DNA of 36,479 nucleotides from an uncultured bacterium. GTDB taxonomy: Bacteria > Fidelibacterota > Marinisomatia > Marinisomatales > AB-629-J13. Where the stretch lies: positions 1-36,479 of the forward strand of contig CAZBBE010000002.1 of assembly GCA_964489755.1 (NCBI GenBank), written 5' to 3'. Shown here piece after piece: positions 10,612 through 20,794 of this stretch. Both the position numbers and the translations under genes were made by a program. The notes under the pieces were generated by a model, which searched no databases, was not told the DNA's origin, and worked only from the letters and a program-made list of their open reading frames with translations. Every line of letters starts with the position of its first letter. Positions within the stretch are counted from its first letter, which is position 1.

Positions 10612-11183
10612 AATTAATCTATACAATATCTGCTCCTTCCGGAACAGGAAAATCCACCCTGTGTAAGGCAATTCTAAAAGAAATTCCTGAGCTGTCATTT
10701 TCTGTTTCATATACAACCAGACTTCAAAGAGATAACGAAATAAATGGAGTGGATTATCATTTTATCAGTCATTCTGAATTTCAATCAATGATTGACAAGC
10801 AACAATTTGCCGAATACGAAGATGTACACGGGCAGTTTTATGGCACTCTGAAATCTTCTTTGGACGATTCCATGATCAAGGGAAATCCATTACTGCTGGA
10901 ATTGGATGTAAAAGGCGCGATGTCAGTTAAAGAATTATATCCTGAGCAAACCCTTTCAATTTTTGTAAAACCTCCGAGTGAAGATGTACTGCGATTAAGA
11001 TTGGAAAGCCGTGGTACTGATGATAAAGCCTTGATTAAAAAAAGATTAACTCGTATTCATATGGAACTTGAATATGGAAAAATGTTTGATGTCAGTTTCA
11101 TAAATGATGATCTGGAAACGGCAATAAAAGAATTAAAACACATTATTTTAATAGAACTAAAAGGAAAAATACATGAATATTAA
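10608..11183 (+). CDS. gmk: Guanylate kinase
   Basis: P-loop SAPSGTGKST, YTTR..R..E..G.DYHF, 191 aa. ATGA overlap with yicC. Confidence 0.93.
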   Translation: MKLIYTISAPSGTGKSTLCKAILKEIPELSFSVSYTTRLQRDNEINGVDYHFISHSEFQSMIDKQQFAEYEDVHGQFYGTLKSSLDDSMIKGNPLLLELDVKGAMSVKELYPEQTLSIFVKPPSEDVLRLRLESRGTDDKALIKKRLTRIHMELEYGKMFDVSFINDDLETAIKELKHIILIELKGKIHEY

Positions 11184-11451
11184 ATCAATCTCATTTAGAA
11201 ATATTGAATCCAAAACAAAGAATATCTACGAAGCAGTTGTGGTTATTTCTAAAAGGGCAAGCCAGGTATTACATGACAGGTTGGTTGAAAAAATGATGCA
11301 GGAGAACACTGAAGAAGAATTTGGGGTATTGGATGAAGTACCTGAAAATAATTCACAGGTTTATTTAGAGAAACCATCCAGCGTTGCTGTGAATGAATTT
11401 TTAAATGGTGATCTTAGTTGGAGTAAACCTGAAGAAAAGGAAGATGTATAG
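11173..11451 (+). CDS. rpoZ: DNA-directed RNA polymerase subunit omega
   Basis: 92 aa with the N-terminal NIYEAVVVISKRA omega-like motif. Conserved gmk-rpoZ adjacency. Confidence 0.75.
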   Translation: MNIKSISFRNIESKTKNIYEAVVVISKRASQVLHDRLVEKMMQENTEEEFGVLDEVPENNSQVYLEKPSSVAVNEFLNGDLSWSKPEEKEDV

Positions 11452-11453
11452 CA

Positions 11454-12140
11454 TTGCCGGAATCCCAGATAAAAAAGGATTCAGTACGTTTTTTAGAACA
11501 GACAAAAGAACTGTTTGGTTCAAAAATCTATAAAAAATTATCCATGAATGAAATGGGAATAACACGATTGAATCCTTCTTTCCCTGTTCAATTAGATGAA
11601 TTTGGAAAATCTATTTCCACCTGTCAGAAATGTAATTTAGGTCAACATAGGAATAAATTCGTATTTGGTGTGGGTGATACCCATGCGGATTTAATGCTTG
11701 TTGGAGAAGCACCAGGAAAAGAGGAAGACCTGAAAGGAGAACCTTTTGTTGGAAGAGCAGGAAAATTGTTGGATAAAATTTTATCTGCCATTAAAATGAG
11801 TCGTCATAAAAACGTATATATTTGCAATGTGTTAAAATGTAGACCACCACAAAATAGGGATCCACTACCCGATGAAGTGGAAAAATGTGAACCTTATCTC
11901 TTGCATCAGATTAATTTGATCAAACCAAAACTGATCGTTGCACTAGGAAGGATTTCTGGTACAACCCTGTTACGGGTTGATGACACTCTTAAATCTATGA
12001 GAGGAAGATTACATGATTATCACGGAACACCGTTGTTGGTAACCTATCATCCAGCAGCACTATTGCGTAATTCCAATTTAAAAACGTATGCCTGGGAAGA
12101 TTTTCAATTTATCCGGGATTTTATTAATAAAAAGAACTGA
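11454..12140 (+). CDS. Family-4 (Fe-S type) uracil-DNA glycosylase
   Basis: C.KC.L...R...VFG.G, then GEAPGKEEDLKGEPFVGRAGKLLDKIL, N.LKCRPP.NR.P, HPAALLR. TTG start. Confidence 0.85.
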   Translation: MPESQIKKDSVRFLEQTKELFGSKIYKKLSMNEMGITRLNPSFPVQLDEFGKSISTCQKCNLGQHRNKFVFGVGDTHADLMLVGEAPGKEEDLKGEPFVGRAGKLLDKILSAIKMSRHKNVYICNVLKCRPPQNRDPLPDEVEKCEPYLLHQINLIKPKLIVALGRISGTTLLRVDDTLKSMRGRLHDYHGTPLLVTYHPAALLRNSNLKTYAWEDFQFIRDFINKKN

Positions 12141-13504
12141 TGGAAACAGATAACCAAATCACAACCTTAAAGGCACCGCCGCAATCTTTAGAAGCAGAAG
12201 CTGCTGTCTTGGGAGCCATGCTTTCCAGCAGAGAAGCAGTAAGTATATCTCTCCAATGGTTAAAGCCTGATCATTTTTATAAAACTGGACATCAGAAGAT
12301 TTTTTCTGCAATGCTTAAGCTGTTTAATGATAACGAACAAATTGATACAATTTCTGTATCCGATATTCTTAAAAAACAAAAAGCCCTTGAATCGGTGGGG
12401 GGAGCTTATTTTCTGACGGGTTTGGTAGAATCTATTCCTACAACTGCAAATGTTGAAAGTTATGTAAAAATCGTACTGGAAAAATCATTATTAAGACAAT
12501 TAATTAAGGTTGCTCAGAATTTATCTAATGAAGCCTATGATGACCATCGAAAAGCAGAAGATATTTTAGACCGGGTTGAACGCTCAATATTTTCCATCAC
12601 TCAATCTGGTTTAAGAGGAGGATTTCAACCTATAGATAAAATATTGCATGAATCATTTGAGCAGTTAGATTCAATTGCCTCCAAAGGGGGCGGAGTGATC
12701 GGAGTCCCCTCGGGATTGACTGATTTGGATGAAGTGACTGCCGGTTTCCATCCAGGTGATTTAATTGTCATCGCTGGAAGACCTTCCATGGGGAAAACAG
12801 CACTTGCTCTGAATATTGCACGGAATGCAGCAATTGAACATAAAACGGGAATCGGGTTTTTCAGTCTTGAAATGGCAAATAACCAATTGGCCATGCGGCT
12901 TCTTTGTACCGAAGCAAAAGTTGACAGCCATCTGGTCCGCACTGGGAATCTTCCCAGAAATCAATGGGTGAATTTAAGTACCAATGTAGGGACATTAGCA
13001 GAAGCACCTATTTATCTTGATGATACTCCGGGAATTTCAGTTTTGGAATTAAGAGCAAAAGCTCGAAGGATTAAAGCACGGAAGGATGTGGGACTTATCA
13101 TTGTGGATTATTTGCAATTGATGCAAGGTCCTGTTTCTGAAAACCGTCAACAGGAAATATCGAATATATCCCGATCATTAAAAGGATTAGCAAAAGAATT
13201 GAATCTTCCTGTTATCGCACTATCTCAGCTCTCCCGAGCAGTGGAAAACCGCAGCGATCGGAGACCGCTCCTTTCGGATTTGCGTGAAAGTGGAGCGATA
13301 GAGCAGGATGCAGATGTCGTTATTTTTCTGTACCGTCCTTTCCTTTACACCCAGGAGGAATCGGATGATGGTAAAGTCCATATTATTGTTGCTAAACAAA
13401 GAAACGGTCCCGTCCGAACAGTCATGGCATCTTTTATTTCCCGGTTTACAAGCTTTGAGAATTTATCATATTACCAGGAAGAAGAAGTGCAGGCACCCTT
13501 CTGA
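12140..13504 (+). CDS. dnaB: Replicative DNA helicase DnaB
   Basis: PPQSLEAEAAVLGAML; Walker A GRPSMGKTALALN; IVDYLQLM; ISRSLKGLAKEL..PVIALSQLSR; IAKQRNGP. 454 aa with no intein insertion. Confidence 0.95.
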   Translation: METDNQITTLKAPPQSLEAEAAVLGAMLSSREAVSISLQWLKPDHFYKTGHQKIFSAMLKLFNDNEQIDTISVSDILKKQKALESVGGAYFLTGLVESIPTTANVESYVKIVLEKSLLRQLIKVAQNLSNEAYDDHRKAEDILDRVERSIFSITQSGLRGGFQPIDKILHESFEQLDSIASKGGGVIGVPSGLTDLDEVTAGFHPGDLIVIAGRPSMGKTALALNIARNAAIEHKTGIGFFSLEMANNQLAMRLLCTEAKVDSHLVRTGNLPRNQWVNLSTNVGTLAEAPIYLDDTPGISVLELRAKARRIKARKDVGLIIVDYLQLMQGPVSENRQQEISNISRSLKGLAKELNLPVIALSQLSRAVENRSDRRPLLSDLRESGAIEQDADVVIFLYRPFLYTQEESDDGKVHIIVAKQRNGPVRTVMASFISRFTSFENLSYYQEEEVQAPF

Positions 13505-15702
13505 TGGCGAATGTACTCGGTCGTTTAATCCCCCAAATAGTAGGAGATTATCCAAAATCTTTTACGACACTTTTTAATAAAATTTCCATTTCTACTTCAA
13601 CTTCCGAGGATGAGATTAGACTAATTCTTTGGAAAGCTTTTGAGTTTGGGAAATCATGTCATTCAGGTCAAAAACGTCTTTCCGGTAAACCTTATTTCTC
13701 TGATCATTGTGTGAGTGTTGCCAACATTCTTGCTGATTGGAAAATGGATTATAACACTATTATTGGTGGATTGCTTCATGATACAGTGGAAGATTCTGAT
13801 ATTTCCATTGATCAAATAAAAAAGCAATTTGGTGATGATGTAGCTCAAATGGTAGATGGAGTCACCAAATTGGGGCATCTAGAATTCACAAACAGACAGG
13901 AAAAACAGGCGGGTAATTTTATGAAATTACTATTATCGGTTGCCCAGGATTTGCGTGTTGTGATGATAAAATTTGCCGATAGACTTCACAATATGAAGAC
14001 TCTTCATTATTTGAGCCGTTTAAAACAACATCGCATAGCCAAAGAAACGAGGGATGTGTATGTTCCTCTTGCTCACCGACTGGGGATGGCTTCTGTTAAG
14101 TGGGAATTAGAAGATATGGTCATGGCAACTCTTCACCCTAAAAAACATAAAGAAATAAAAGCAAAATTAAAAGCAACGAAACGTCAGAGGGAGAAAGTGA
14201 TAAACCAAGTCATCACTCCAATTCAATGCGAATTGAAGGATTTTGATTTAAATGCAGAGATATTTGGAAGACCAAAATCTATTTTTTCAATATTTGGAAA
14301 AATGATCACAAGGAATAAGACCTTCGAAGAAATATTTGATTTGTATGCAATCCGTGTTTTGGTGGATGAACTTGAACAATGTTATCTCATCCTTGGAGTA
14401 ATTCACCAGTTGTATTCGCCTTTTCAAGAAAGATTTAAAGACTTTATTGCTACACCTAAATCCAATGGATATCAATCAATCCATACTACTGTCATCGGTC
14501 CCAATGGCAACATGGTTGAAATTCAAATCCGCACTCGAAAAATGGATAAAACAGCCGAGATTGGTGTTGCCGCGCATTGGAGATATAAAGAAGGTAATAA
14601 TAGATCAACTATTTTAGGTGGTAACGTTAAATGGTTGAGAGAATTAATAAATATACTTCAAAGTGAAACTGCGGACCCAAATGAATTTATGCACCTGTTA
14701 AAAATTGATTTATTTGATGATGAAATATTCGTATTCACACCTAAGGGTGATTTAGTGCAATTGCCAAATAACTCCACAGTCATAGATTTTGCATTTCAAA
14801 TTCATACACAGGTCGGACTGCACTGTTTAGGATCAAAAATAAATCATAAGGTGGTTCCTCTTAACACAGTGTTGAAAAACGGTGACAGAGTAGAAATCTT
14901 GACTTCTTCGACCCAAAAACCTAGTTATGGGTGGTTAAAATTTGTGGTAACCTCAAAAGCCCGCACTCACATTAATCGATATTTAAAATCTATTCGAAGG
15001 GACGAATGTATTCATATCGGAAAAGAAATATTAGAAAAATCCCTGAGAAGAAATAAATTAGGTTCTTTATTCAAAAAAGTGCAGAATGCTCACTCTGATT
15101 TTGGACATAAATCCAAGGATGATTTGATGGAGGCCGTAGGAAATGGTAAAATAACAGTCAAACAGATAATTAGAAAAATGAGACCCAAAAGTGTCCTAGA
15201 AGTTTCTGATGAAGAATTTGAATCAAACCAGAAATTTATTGAAGATGCTCGTTCAAGGACCGGGGGTATTAAACTGCAAGGTATAACGGATTTAATGGTG
15301 CATTTTGGAAAATGTTGCAATCCGATTCCCGGAGATGGAATGGTGGGTTTTATCACACGAGGAAGAGGGATTACCGTACATCAATCTTCCTGTAAAAGTC
15401 TTCCCTTGTTACAGGAAGAATCAGATAGGCTCGTTCCGGTTGAATGGGATGTGGGTCGGAAAGATTTTTTTAATGTACGCTTAAAAATAACAGGGGTAGA
15501 CCAAAAAGGGAAATTAAAAGAATTAACTGAATGCATTTCCGGTTTGAATATCAATATTACCAGTCTCGATCTAAAAGTCATACACGGGCTAGCAAAAATG
15601 ATGTTTATTATCCAAGTTCGAAACCTCCGTCAATTGGACAGAGTGATAAAAAAGGTATCCCATATAAAGGGGATAGATTCTATTGAGAGAGTAGGGAGAT
15701 AA
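13504..15702 (+). CDS. spoT: Bifunctional (p)ppGpp synthetase/hydrolase, RelA/SpoT homologue
   Basis: HD hydrolase motif (LLHDTVED), synthetase block (YQSIHTTV, IQIRT..M), TGS region (IFVFTPKGD...LP..ST.IDFA) and a C-terminal ACT-like domain. 732 aa. Confidence 0.93.
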   Translation: MANVLGRLIPQIVGDYPKSFTTLFNKISISTSTSEDEIRLILWKAFEFGKSCHSGQKRLSGKPYFSDHCVSVANILADWKMDYNTIIGGLLHDTVEDSDISIDQIKKQFGDDVAQMVDGVTKLGHLEFTNRQEKQAGNFMKLLLSVAQDLRVVMIKFADRLHNMKTLHYLSRLKQHRIAKETRDVYVPLAHRLGMASVKWELEDMVMATLHPKKHKEIKAKLKATKRQREKVINQVITPIQCELKDFDLNAEIFGRPKSIFSIFGKMITRNKTFEEIFDLYAIRVLVDELEQCYLILGVIHQLYSPFQERFKDFIATPKSNGYQSIHTTVIGPNGNMVEIQIRTRKMDKTAEIGVAAHWRYKEGNNRSTILGGNVKWLRELINILQSETADPNEFMHLLKIDLFDDEIFVFTPKGDLVQLPNNSTVIDFAFQIHTQVGLHCLGSKINHKVVPLNTVLKNGDRVEILTSSTQKPSYGWLKFVVTSKARTHINRYLKSIRRDECIHIGKEILEKSLRRNKLGSLFKKVQNAHSDFGHKSKDDLMEAVGNGKITVKQIIRKMRPKSVLEVSDEEFESNQKFIEDARSRTGGIKLQGITDLMVHFGKCCNPIPGDGMVGFITRGRGITVHQSSCKSLPLLQEESDRLVPVEWDVGRKDFFNVRLKITGVDQKGKLKELTECISGLNINITSLDLKVIHGLAKMMFIIQVRNLRQLDRVIKKVSHIKGIDSIERVGR

Positions 15703-15714
15703 TACGTCATATTA

Positions 15715-16143
15715 ATGAACGGTAGAATTCTTGGCATAGATTACGGATCCAGTCGAGTTGGATTTGCTGTATCAGATCCATTACATATTATAGCCACTCC
15801 TTTAAAGACAATAAAAAATAAATCAACCAAATACCTCTTGGAACACATTGGACAGATAATAAAGGAATACGGAATTGAGTCCATTGTTGTGGGGCTGCCA
15901 TTGGGTATGAATGGAAAAGAGACAAAACAAACTGAGACGGTAAAATTATTTTCAGAAACATTAGGAAAAAATAATTATAAAGTGATACTTGAGGATGAGA
16001 GGCTAACTACAGTTATTGCAAAAAAGGAACTTATAAAACAAAAAATAAGTACGGGAAGGAACAAATCCCTTATTGACCAGATTGCAGCTGCGCTTATTTT
16101 ACAAAACTATCTCGACCGGAAAAAATCTTTTATCGTCAAATAA
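15715..16143 (+). CDS. ruvX: YqgF/RuvX putative pre-16S rRNA nuclease / Holliday-junction resolvase-like protein
   Basis: ILGIDYGS.RVG.AVSD; VVGLPL.MNG; DERLTT; 142 aa. Confidence 0.88.
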   Translation: MNGRILGIDYGSSRVGFAVSDPLHIIATPLKTIKNKSTKYLLEHIGQIIKEYGIESIVVGLPLGMNGKETKQTETVKLFSETLGKNNYKVILEDERLTTVIAKKELIKQKISTGRNKSLIDQIAAALILQNYLDRKKSFIVK

Positions 16144-16158
16144 AATTTATACGGTATT

Positions 16159-17661
16159 TTGAATACCATCATTCACCAAAAATTACTTCTCTCACTCTTA
16201 AGCGGACTATTCATCGGTTTATCTTATCCACCCCTACCGTTAGGATTTTTTGCCTGGTTTGGGCTCATACCTTTATTTCTATCATTAGAAGGTAGCGATT
16301 ATAAAGAATCATTAAAATATGGTTACTCGGCGGGAATCACTGCGCATTTTATCGTTCTATATTGGATTGGTTTTAATAGTGGAGCTGGATTTGTACCTGT
16401 TTTTCTTTCACTAATAGGTGCGATTTTTTATTTATCTCTATTCTGGGGGTTGTTTGCTGTTACTTTACAATATTTTTTACAGGAAAAGACCATCTTCCTT
16501 TGGTTTGCTCCTTTAATCTGGGTCACAATGGAATGGCTCAGGAGTTTGGGGCCACTTGGATTTCCGTGGATGGATTTAGCCCTTACCCAATCCCGATTCA
16601 TTCAGTTTATCCAAATAATGGACGTAACGGGTTCGTCTGGAGTTTCACTTTGGATTTTGATTTTGAATGTTCTTTTATATTTTGCAATTACGGTTAGAAA
16701 AGGAAATAGGATTTATTCTATAGCTGCCATCAGTTTACTTGTCGTTTTATGGCTGTTTGGTTCACATAAAATTAAATCTGTTGAAAAAGATTTTATCGGA
16801 AAGTCTATTGTCGTGGCAGTAACTCAACCTTCTGTGGACCCAAATGAAAAATGGGAAAAAGATCATCGAAAACAAACATTTGAACTCATGCATCAGCTTT
16901 TGGATAAAGCTGTGGAATTAGATCCTGATATGATTGTTTGGCCTGAAACCGCATTACCCAGTTATTTACGATTGTCCGGAAAAGATCGCTCGCCGATTCA
17001 GGAAAAAGTGAATAGAAATGAAATACCTTTATTTTCCGGAACGATAGACAGAGAAAATTCTGAGGAAGGGAAACCCCTTTATTTCAATGGATCCATTTTT
17101 TTTCAACCGCACAAACTTCCTGAAATATATCATAAAGTGAAATTAGTACCCTTTGCAGAATATGTTCCTTTATCCGGATATTTTCCATCATTGAATGATC
17201 TAAATTTTGGTCAGGGGAACTTTACAGCAGGAAATGAATTTACTTTATTTCAGTTTGACAAATTTTCATTTTCAAATCTGATTTGTTATGAATCCAGTTT
17301 ACCAGATATAGTGCGGAAATTTGTATTACAAGGCGCAGAGTTTTTAACCATCCAGGCAAATGACGGGTGGCTAGGAAAAACATCGGGCCCCTATCAACAT
17401 TTTGAAATTGCAAAAATGAGAGCTATAGAAAACCGAAGATCAATAGTGAGAAGTGCCAATACAGGAATCTCTGGGGTTATTCTGCCAACTGGAAAGATTA
17501 AAGTAATACAATCATTGGGAGAACGAGTTGTCTTTAAGGAAACTGTACCTTTGGCTGAATTCACAACTTTTTTTTCTAGGAATGGAAATATTTTAGGAAA
17601 ATGGGTTTCGCTTATATTTATTATATGTGTAGGAATAATTTTATGGATAAAAAAAATATAA
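16159..17661 (+). CDS. lnt: Apolipoprotein N-acyltransferase
   Basis: Multi-TM N-terminal half, then a CN-hydrolase domain (WPE, ICYES catalytic Cys, N.GWLG..., R.AIENRR..VRSANTGISG). 500 aa, TTG start. Confidence 0.88.
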   Translation: MNTIIHQKLLLSLLSGLFIGLSYPPLPLGFFAWFGLIPLFLSLEGSDYKESLKYGYSAGITAHFIVLYWIGFNSGAGFVPVFLSLIGAIFYLSLFWGLFAVTLQYFLQEKTIFLWFAPLIWVTMEWLRSLGPLGFPWMDLALTQSRFIQFIQIMDVTGSSGVSLWILILNVLLYFAITVRKGNRIYSIAAISLLVVLWLFGSHKIKSVEKDFIGKSIVVAVTQPSVDPNEKWEKDHRKQTFELMHQLLDKAVELDPDMIVWPETALPSYLRLSGKDRSPIQEKVNRNEIPLFSGTIDRENSEEGKPLYFNGSIFFQPHKLPEIYHKVKLVPFAEYVPLSGYFPSLNDLNFGQGNFTAGNEFTLFQFDKFSFSNLICYESSLPDIVRKFVLQGAEFLTIQANDGWLGKTSGPYQHFEIAKMRAIENRRSIVRSANTGISGVILPTGKIKVIQSLGERVVFKETVPLAEFTTFFSRNGNILGKWVSLIFIICVGIILWIKKI

Positions 17662-18293
17662 CTTTTATTTTACTTCTAATTTTAATAACTCCAATAACGG
17701 AGATAAAAGCTCAGACGACTGGGAAGGGAGATTATCCTCATTATGTGTGGCGATCACTGGTGATTCCGGGATGGGGCGAATATTCCTTAAATGATAAGAA
17801 AAGAGGAAAATTATTTATTATTACCGAATCTCTTCTTTGGATTGGAATGGGAGGGAGTTTTTTAGGATCGAACTTAGAAAAAAATACTTATGAATCAATT
17901 GCTATGAAACACGGGGGAATTAGTTCGGGTGACAAACCACGACAATTTTGGATTGATATTGGATTTTATGATAGTCGGGAATACTTTATAGCAGAGCATC
18001 TACGCTGGAGAGATTTTGATGCAGTTGGAGCCTATGAAGATCCGGAATGGGATTGGAACTGGGATTCCAAGTCAAATAAAGAATATTTTGAATCAAAACG
18101 AATCCGAAGTGACCGATTATTGCTGATGGGAAAATTTTTTATTGGCGGAATTGTATTGAATCATATTATTTCCGGAATTGATGCTTTATATCTCAGTCGG
18201 AAACATTTAGGAAATGAAATCCAGTTTTCAATTTCTCCAATTAACTCATTACCTGATGGAAAAATTTATTTAAATCTTTCCGTTTCATTATGA
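17643..18293 (+). CDS. Hypothetical secreted/membrane protein
   Basis: Signal peptide from ATG 17643 (MDKKNITFILLLILITPITEIKAQ). SLVIPGWGEY motif followed by hydrophobic segments. No confident family. Confidence 0.5.
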   Translation: MDKKNITFILLLILITPITEIKAQTTGKGDYPHYVWRSLVIPGWGEYSLNDKKRGKLFIITESLLWIGMGGSFLGSNLEKNTYESIAMKHGGISSGDKPRQFWIDIGFYDSREYFIAEHLRWRDFDAVGAYEDPEWDWNWDSKSNKEYFESKRIRSDRLLLMGKFFIGGIVLNHIISGIDALYLSRKHLGNEIQFSISPINSLPDGKIYLNLSVSL

Positions 18294-18316
18294 TTGGATA
18301 AAAAAAATAAACTATT

Positions 18317-19051
18317 ATGCCTCGGTTTAAAATAGCCATACAGTATGACGGGACTCGGTATTGTGGGTGGCAGACACAACAAAACGGTCTTGCCATCCAA
18401 CCAGTATTGGAAGAGTTAATTGGTAGTTTTAACAGTGCATTATCTATTAAAATTACCGGTGCTGGGCGTACGGATTCTGGTGTTCATGCTTTGGGGCAGA
18501 TTGCTCATTTTGATTTAAAAACGGATTTAGACACATGTACATTAATGAGAGCTATGAATGCAAAATGTCCGGAAGATATTATTATTATTGACTGCAATGT
18601 TGTTTCCCCCAAATTTCATGCGCGGTTTTCTGCCGTTCGAAGAACGTATAGATATCAGTGTTATACAGGTACAAATCCGCTCTATAAAAATCAGAGTTGG
18701 TTTTTACCTGAACTGGATATTTATATGTTGAATTCTATATCAAAGAATTTACTGGGGACACATGACTTCTTATCCTTTTCCAAGTGGAACAAAGAATTAA
18801 AAAACACAGAATGTGACATTTTTCAATCTGCATGGACAAAAGAAAATAATATGGTATTTTTTACTATTATAGGGAACCGTTTTTTGCACCATATGGTAAG
18901 ATATTTAGCAGGAACAATGGTCGCAGTGGCTCAAAAAAAATATTCCGAAAAAGATTTTATTCAATTATTATCAAATCCTCAAAAAAATGTGACTTTGCAT
19001 AAAGCTCCCGCTCGGGGTCTCTTTTTGGAAAAAGTAGAATATGATCAATAA
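18317..19051 (+). CDS. truA: tRNA pseudouridine(38-40) synthase TruA
   Basis: Y.GT.Y.GWQ.Q; GAGRTDSGVHALGQ (catalytic Asp); R.Y.Y; GTHDF..F; F..F.....RFL..MVR...G. Confidence 0.92.
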   Translation: MPRFKIAIQYDGTRYCGWQTQQNGLAIQPVLEELIGSFNSALSIKITGAGRTDSGVHALGQIAHFDLKTDLDTCTLMRAMNAKCPEDIIIIDCNVVSPKFHARFSAVRRTYRYQCYTGTNPLYKNQSWFLPELDIYMLNSISKNLLGTHDFLSFSKWNKELKNTECDIFQSAWTKENNMVFFTIIGNRFLHHMVRYLAGTMVAVAQKKYSEKDFIQLLSNPQKNVTLHKAPARGLFLEKVEYDQ

Positions 19052-20144
19052 AATTCTCATTGTATTATTCCTGATAGGAAATTCTCTGAATAGTCAGGAG
19101 GATCTGCATTCTTCGCGTTACAATGCTATTACAAGGGCAATTCAAAATATATCTCCTGCCGTTGCCAGTGTGAATGTGATTCAGTTAAAGGAAATTGCAC
19201 GGAAGTCTCCGTTTTCCGATCCTTTTTTTGAGTTTTTTTTCCCGTATGATTTGCATCGCGAAAAAGTAAAAAGTTCGGGGTCAGGTGTAGTGATAAGCCC
19301 TGATGGGTATGTGCTTACAAATTATCATGTCATCGAGAATGCACATGAAATTATTGTCACTCTTCCCGGAGGTGAAGAATACAAATCAGAAATCATTGGA
19401 AAAGACCGATTTACAGATTTAGCTTTGCTAAAAATGGAAGGTTCCAATTTTCCATATGCTGACCTGGGAAATTCGGATGACTTAATCATAGGTGAATGGG
19501 TCATTGCTTTAGGTAATCCATATGGACTTTTTGACGTTAGTGATCAGCCAACAGCAACAGTAGGGATCATCAGCGCCTTAAATATGGATTTTGGTCAACA
19601 AGAATCGGGACAATTATTCCAAGATATGATTCAGACGGATGCGGCAATAAATCCCGGAAACAGCGGTGGACCTCTTGTCAATGGATTAGGTGAGATTGTG
19701 GGAATTAATACGTTTATTTATACTGGTTCAAATTATTCTCAGGGTTCTATTGGTATCAGTTTTGCTATACCCATCAATCGGGCGAAACAGATTGCTGAAG
19801 AATTGAAAAATAAAGGAAGAATTGACCGAAATTATTCTACGGGACTTCAGGTGCAATCACTGAATAAACGGGTTGCCCGGTATCTGAATTTACCTTTTGT
19901 TAAAGGTGTTATTGTCGTAGAAGTGGAAAAGGGCAGTTCCGGAGATAAAGCAGGAATTAAAATTGAGGATATTATTTTAGCAGTAAATGGTGTCCAAATA
20001 ACCAGTGCACAGGATATTAAAAATGTCATTTTAGATCAGGATATTCGTTCTGGAGATAGAATAACTGTTAAAATTTATAGGGATGGAGTAAGAAAACAGA
20101 TCAGATTGAAATTAGAAAAAGTAAATAATTCTTATTATTATTAA
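19041..20144 (+). CDS. HtrA/DegP-family periplasmic serine protease with one PDZ domain
   Basis: Signal peptide. Catalytic triad contexts TNYHVI, DLALLK, GNSGGPL. C-terminal PDZ (GVIVVEVEKGSSGDKAGIKIEDIILAVNG). Confidence 0.88.
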   Translation: MINKILIVLFLIGNSLNSQEDLHSSRYNAITRAIQNISPAVASVNVIQLKEIARKSPFSDPFFEFFFPYDLHREKVKSSGSGVVISPDGYVLTNYHVIENAHEIIVTLPGGEEYKSEIIGKDRFTDLALLKMEGSNFPYADLGNSDDLIIGEWVIALGNPYGLFDVSDQPTATVGIISALNMDFGQQESGQLFQDMIQTDAAINPGNSGGPLVNGLGEIVGINTFIYTGSNYSQGSIGISFAIPINRAKQIAEELKNKGRIDRNYSTGLQVQSLNKRVARYLNLPFVKGVIVVEVEKGSSGDKAGIKIEDIILAVNGVQITSAQDIKNVILDQDIRSGDRITVKIYRDGVRKQIRLKLEKVNNSYYY

Positions 20145-20794
20145 TGATTGTTAAAGAAGGATTTCCATTTATATTTGGCTTTTTAATTTTAACCATCGTT
20201 GTGCGTCTGGTCGGGTACTTTTTAGAATTTTCTATCCTATTGGATAGTGCTGCAATTCCGGGATTATTATTATTATTCTGTTTAAATTTTTTCAGAGATC
20301 CGAAAAGGAAAATCCCTAAGGGAAAAGGAATCCTTGTTTCACCTGCCGATGGAAAAATATTACAAATTAAATCTGTTGACGATCCTGATATTGGAAAAGC
20401 AAACTTAGTTTCAATATTTTTAAATGTATTTAATGTACATGTAAATCGGACTCCTGTTGGTGGTTCAGTCCAGAAAGTGGAATACAAAAAAGGAAAATTT
20501 ATAGCTGCTTTCAATCACTCAGCATCCGATAAAAATGAGCAGTCAACTCTTCATATAAATTCACAAATGGGAATGATTAAAGTTAAACAAATAGCGGGCC
20601 TTTTGGCTCGACGAATCCGTTGTTATGTAAAAAAGGGAGCTCAATTAAATACGGGAGATAAATTCGGGTTTATCATGTTTGGATCAAGGGTGGATATTAT
20701 TCTTCCAGAATACATAGATTTAAGGGTGAAATTGGGACAAAAAGTCAAGGGTGGAGAATCTATCATTGGAAAAAATAATGAGACTAAAACATAA
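20144..20794 (+). CDS. psd: Phosphatidylserine decarboxylase proenzyme (short, membrane-anchored type)
   Basis: N-terminal TM segments, SPADGKI, and F.FGSRVD with the self-cleavage G-S site. Directly upstream of pssA. Confidence 0.85.
   Translation: MIVKEGFPFIFGFLILTIVVRLVGYFLEFSILLDSAAIPGLLLLFCLNFFRDPKRKIPKGKGILVSPADGKILQIKSVDDPDIGKANLVSIFLNVFNVHVNRTPVGGSVQKVEYKKGKFIAAFNHSASDKNEQSTLHINSQMGMIKVKQIAGLLARRIRCYVKKGAQLNTGDKFGFIMFGSRVDIILPEYIDLRVKLGQKVKGGESIIGKNNETKT

Noticed and set aside
12625-12964. Minus-strand ORFs of 105 and 67 aa inside dnaB
   Set aside because: They are antisense to the most conserved part of dnaB and show no independent coding evidence.
20101-20514. 137-aa minus-strand ORF
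   Set aside because: It is antisense to the well-supported htrA 3' end and psd gene, and it has no recognisable motif.
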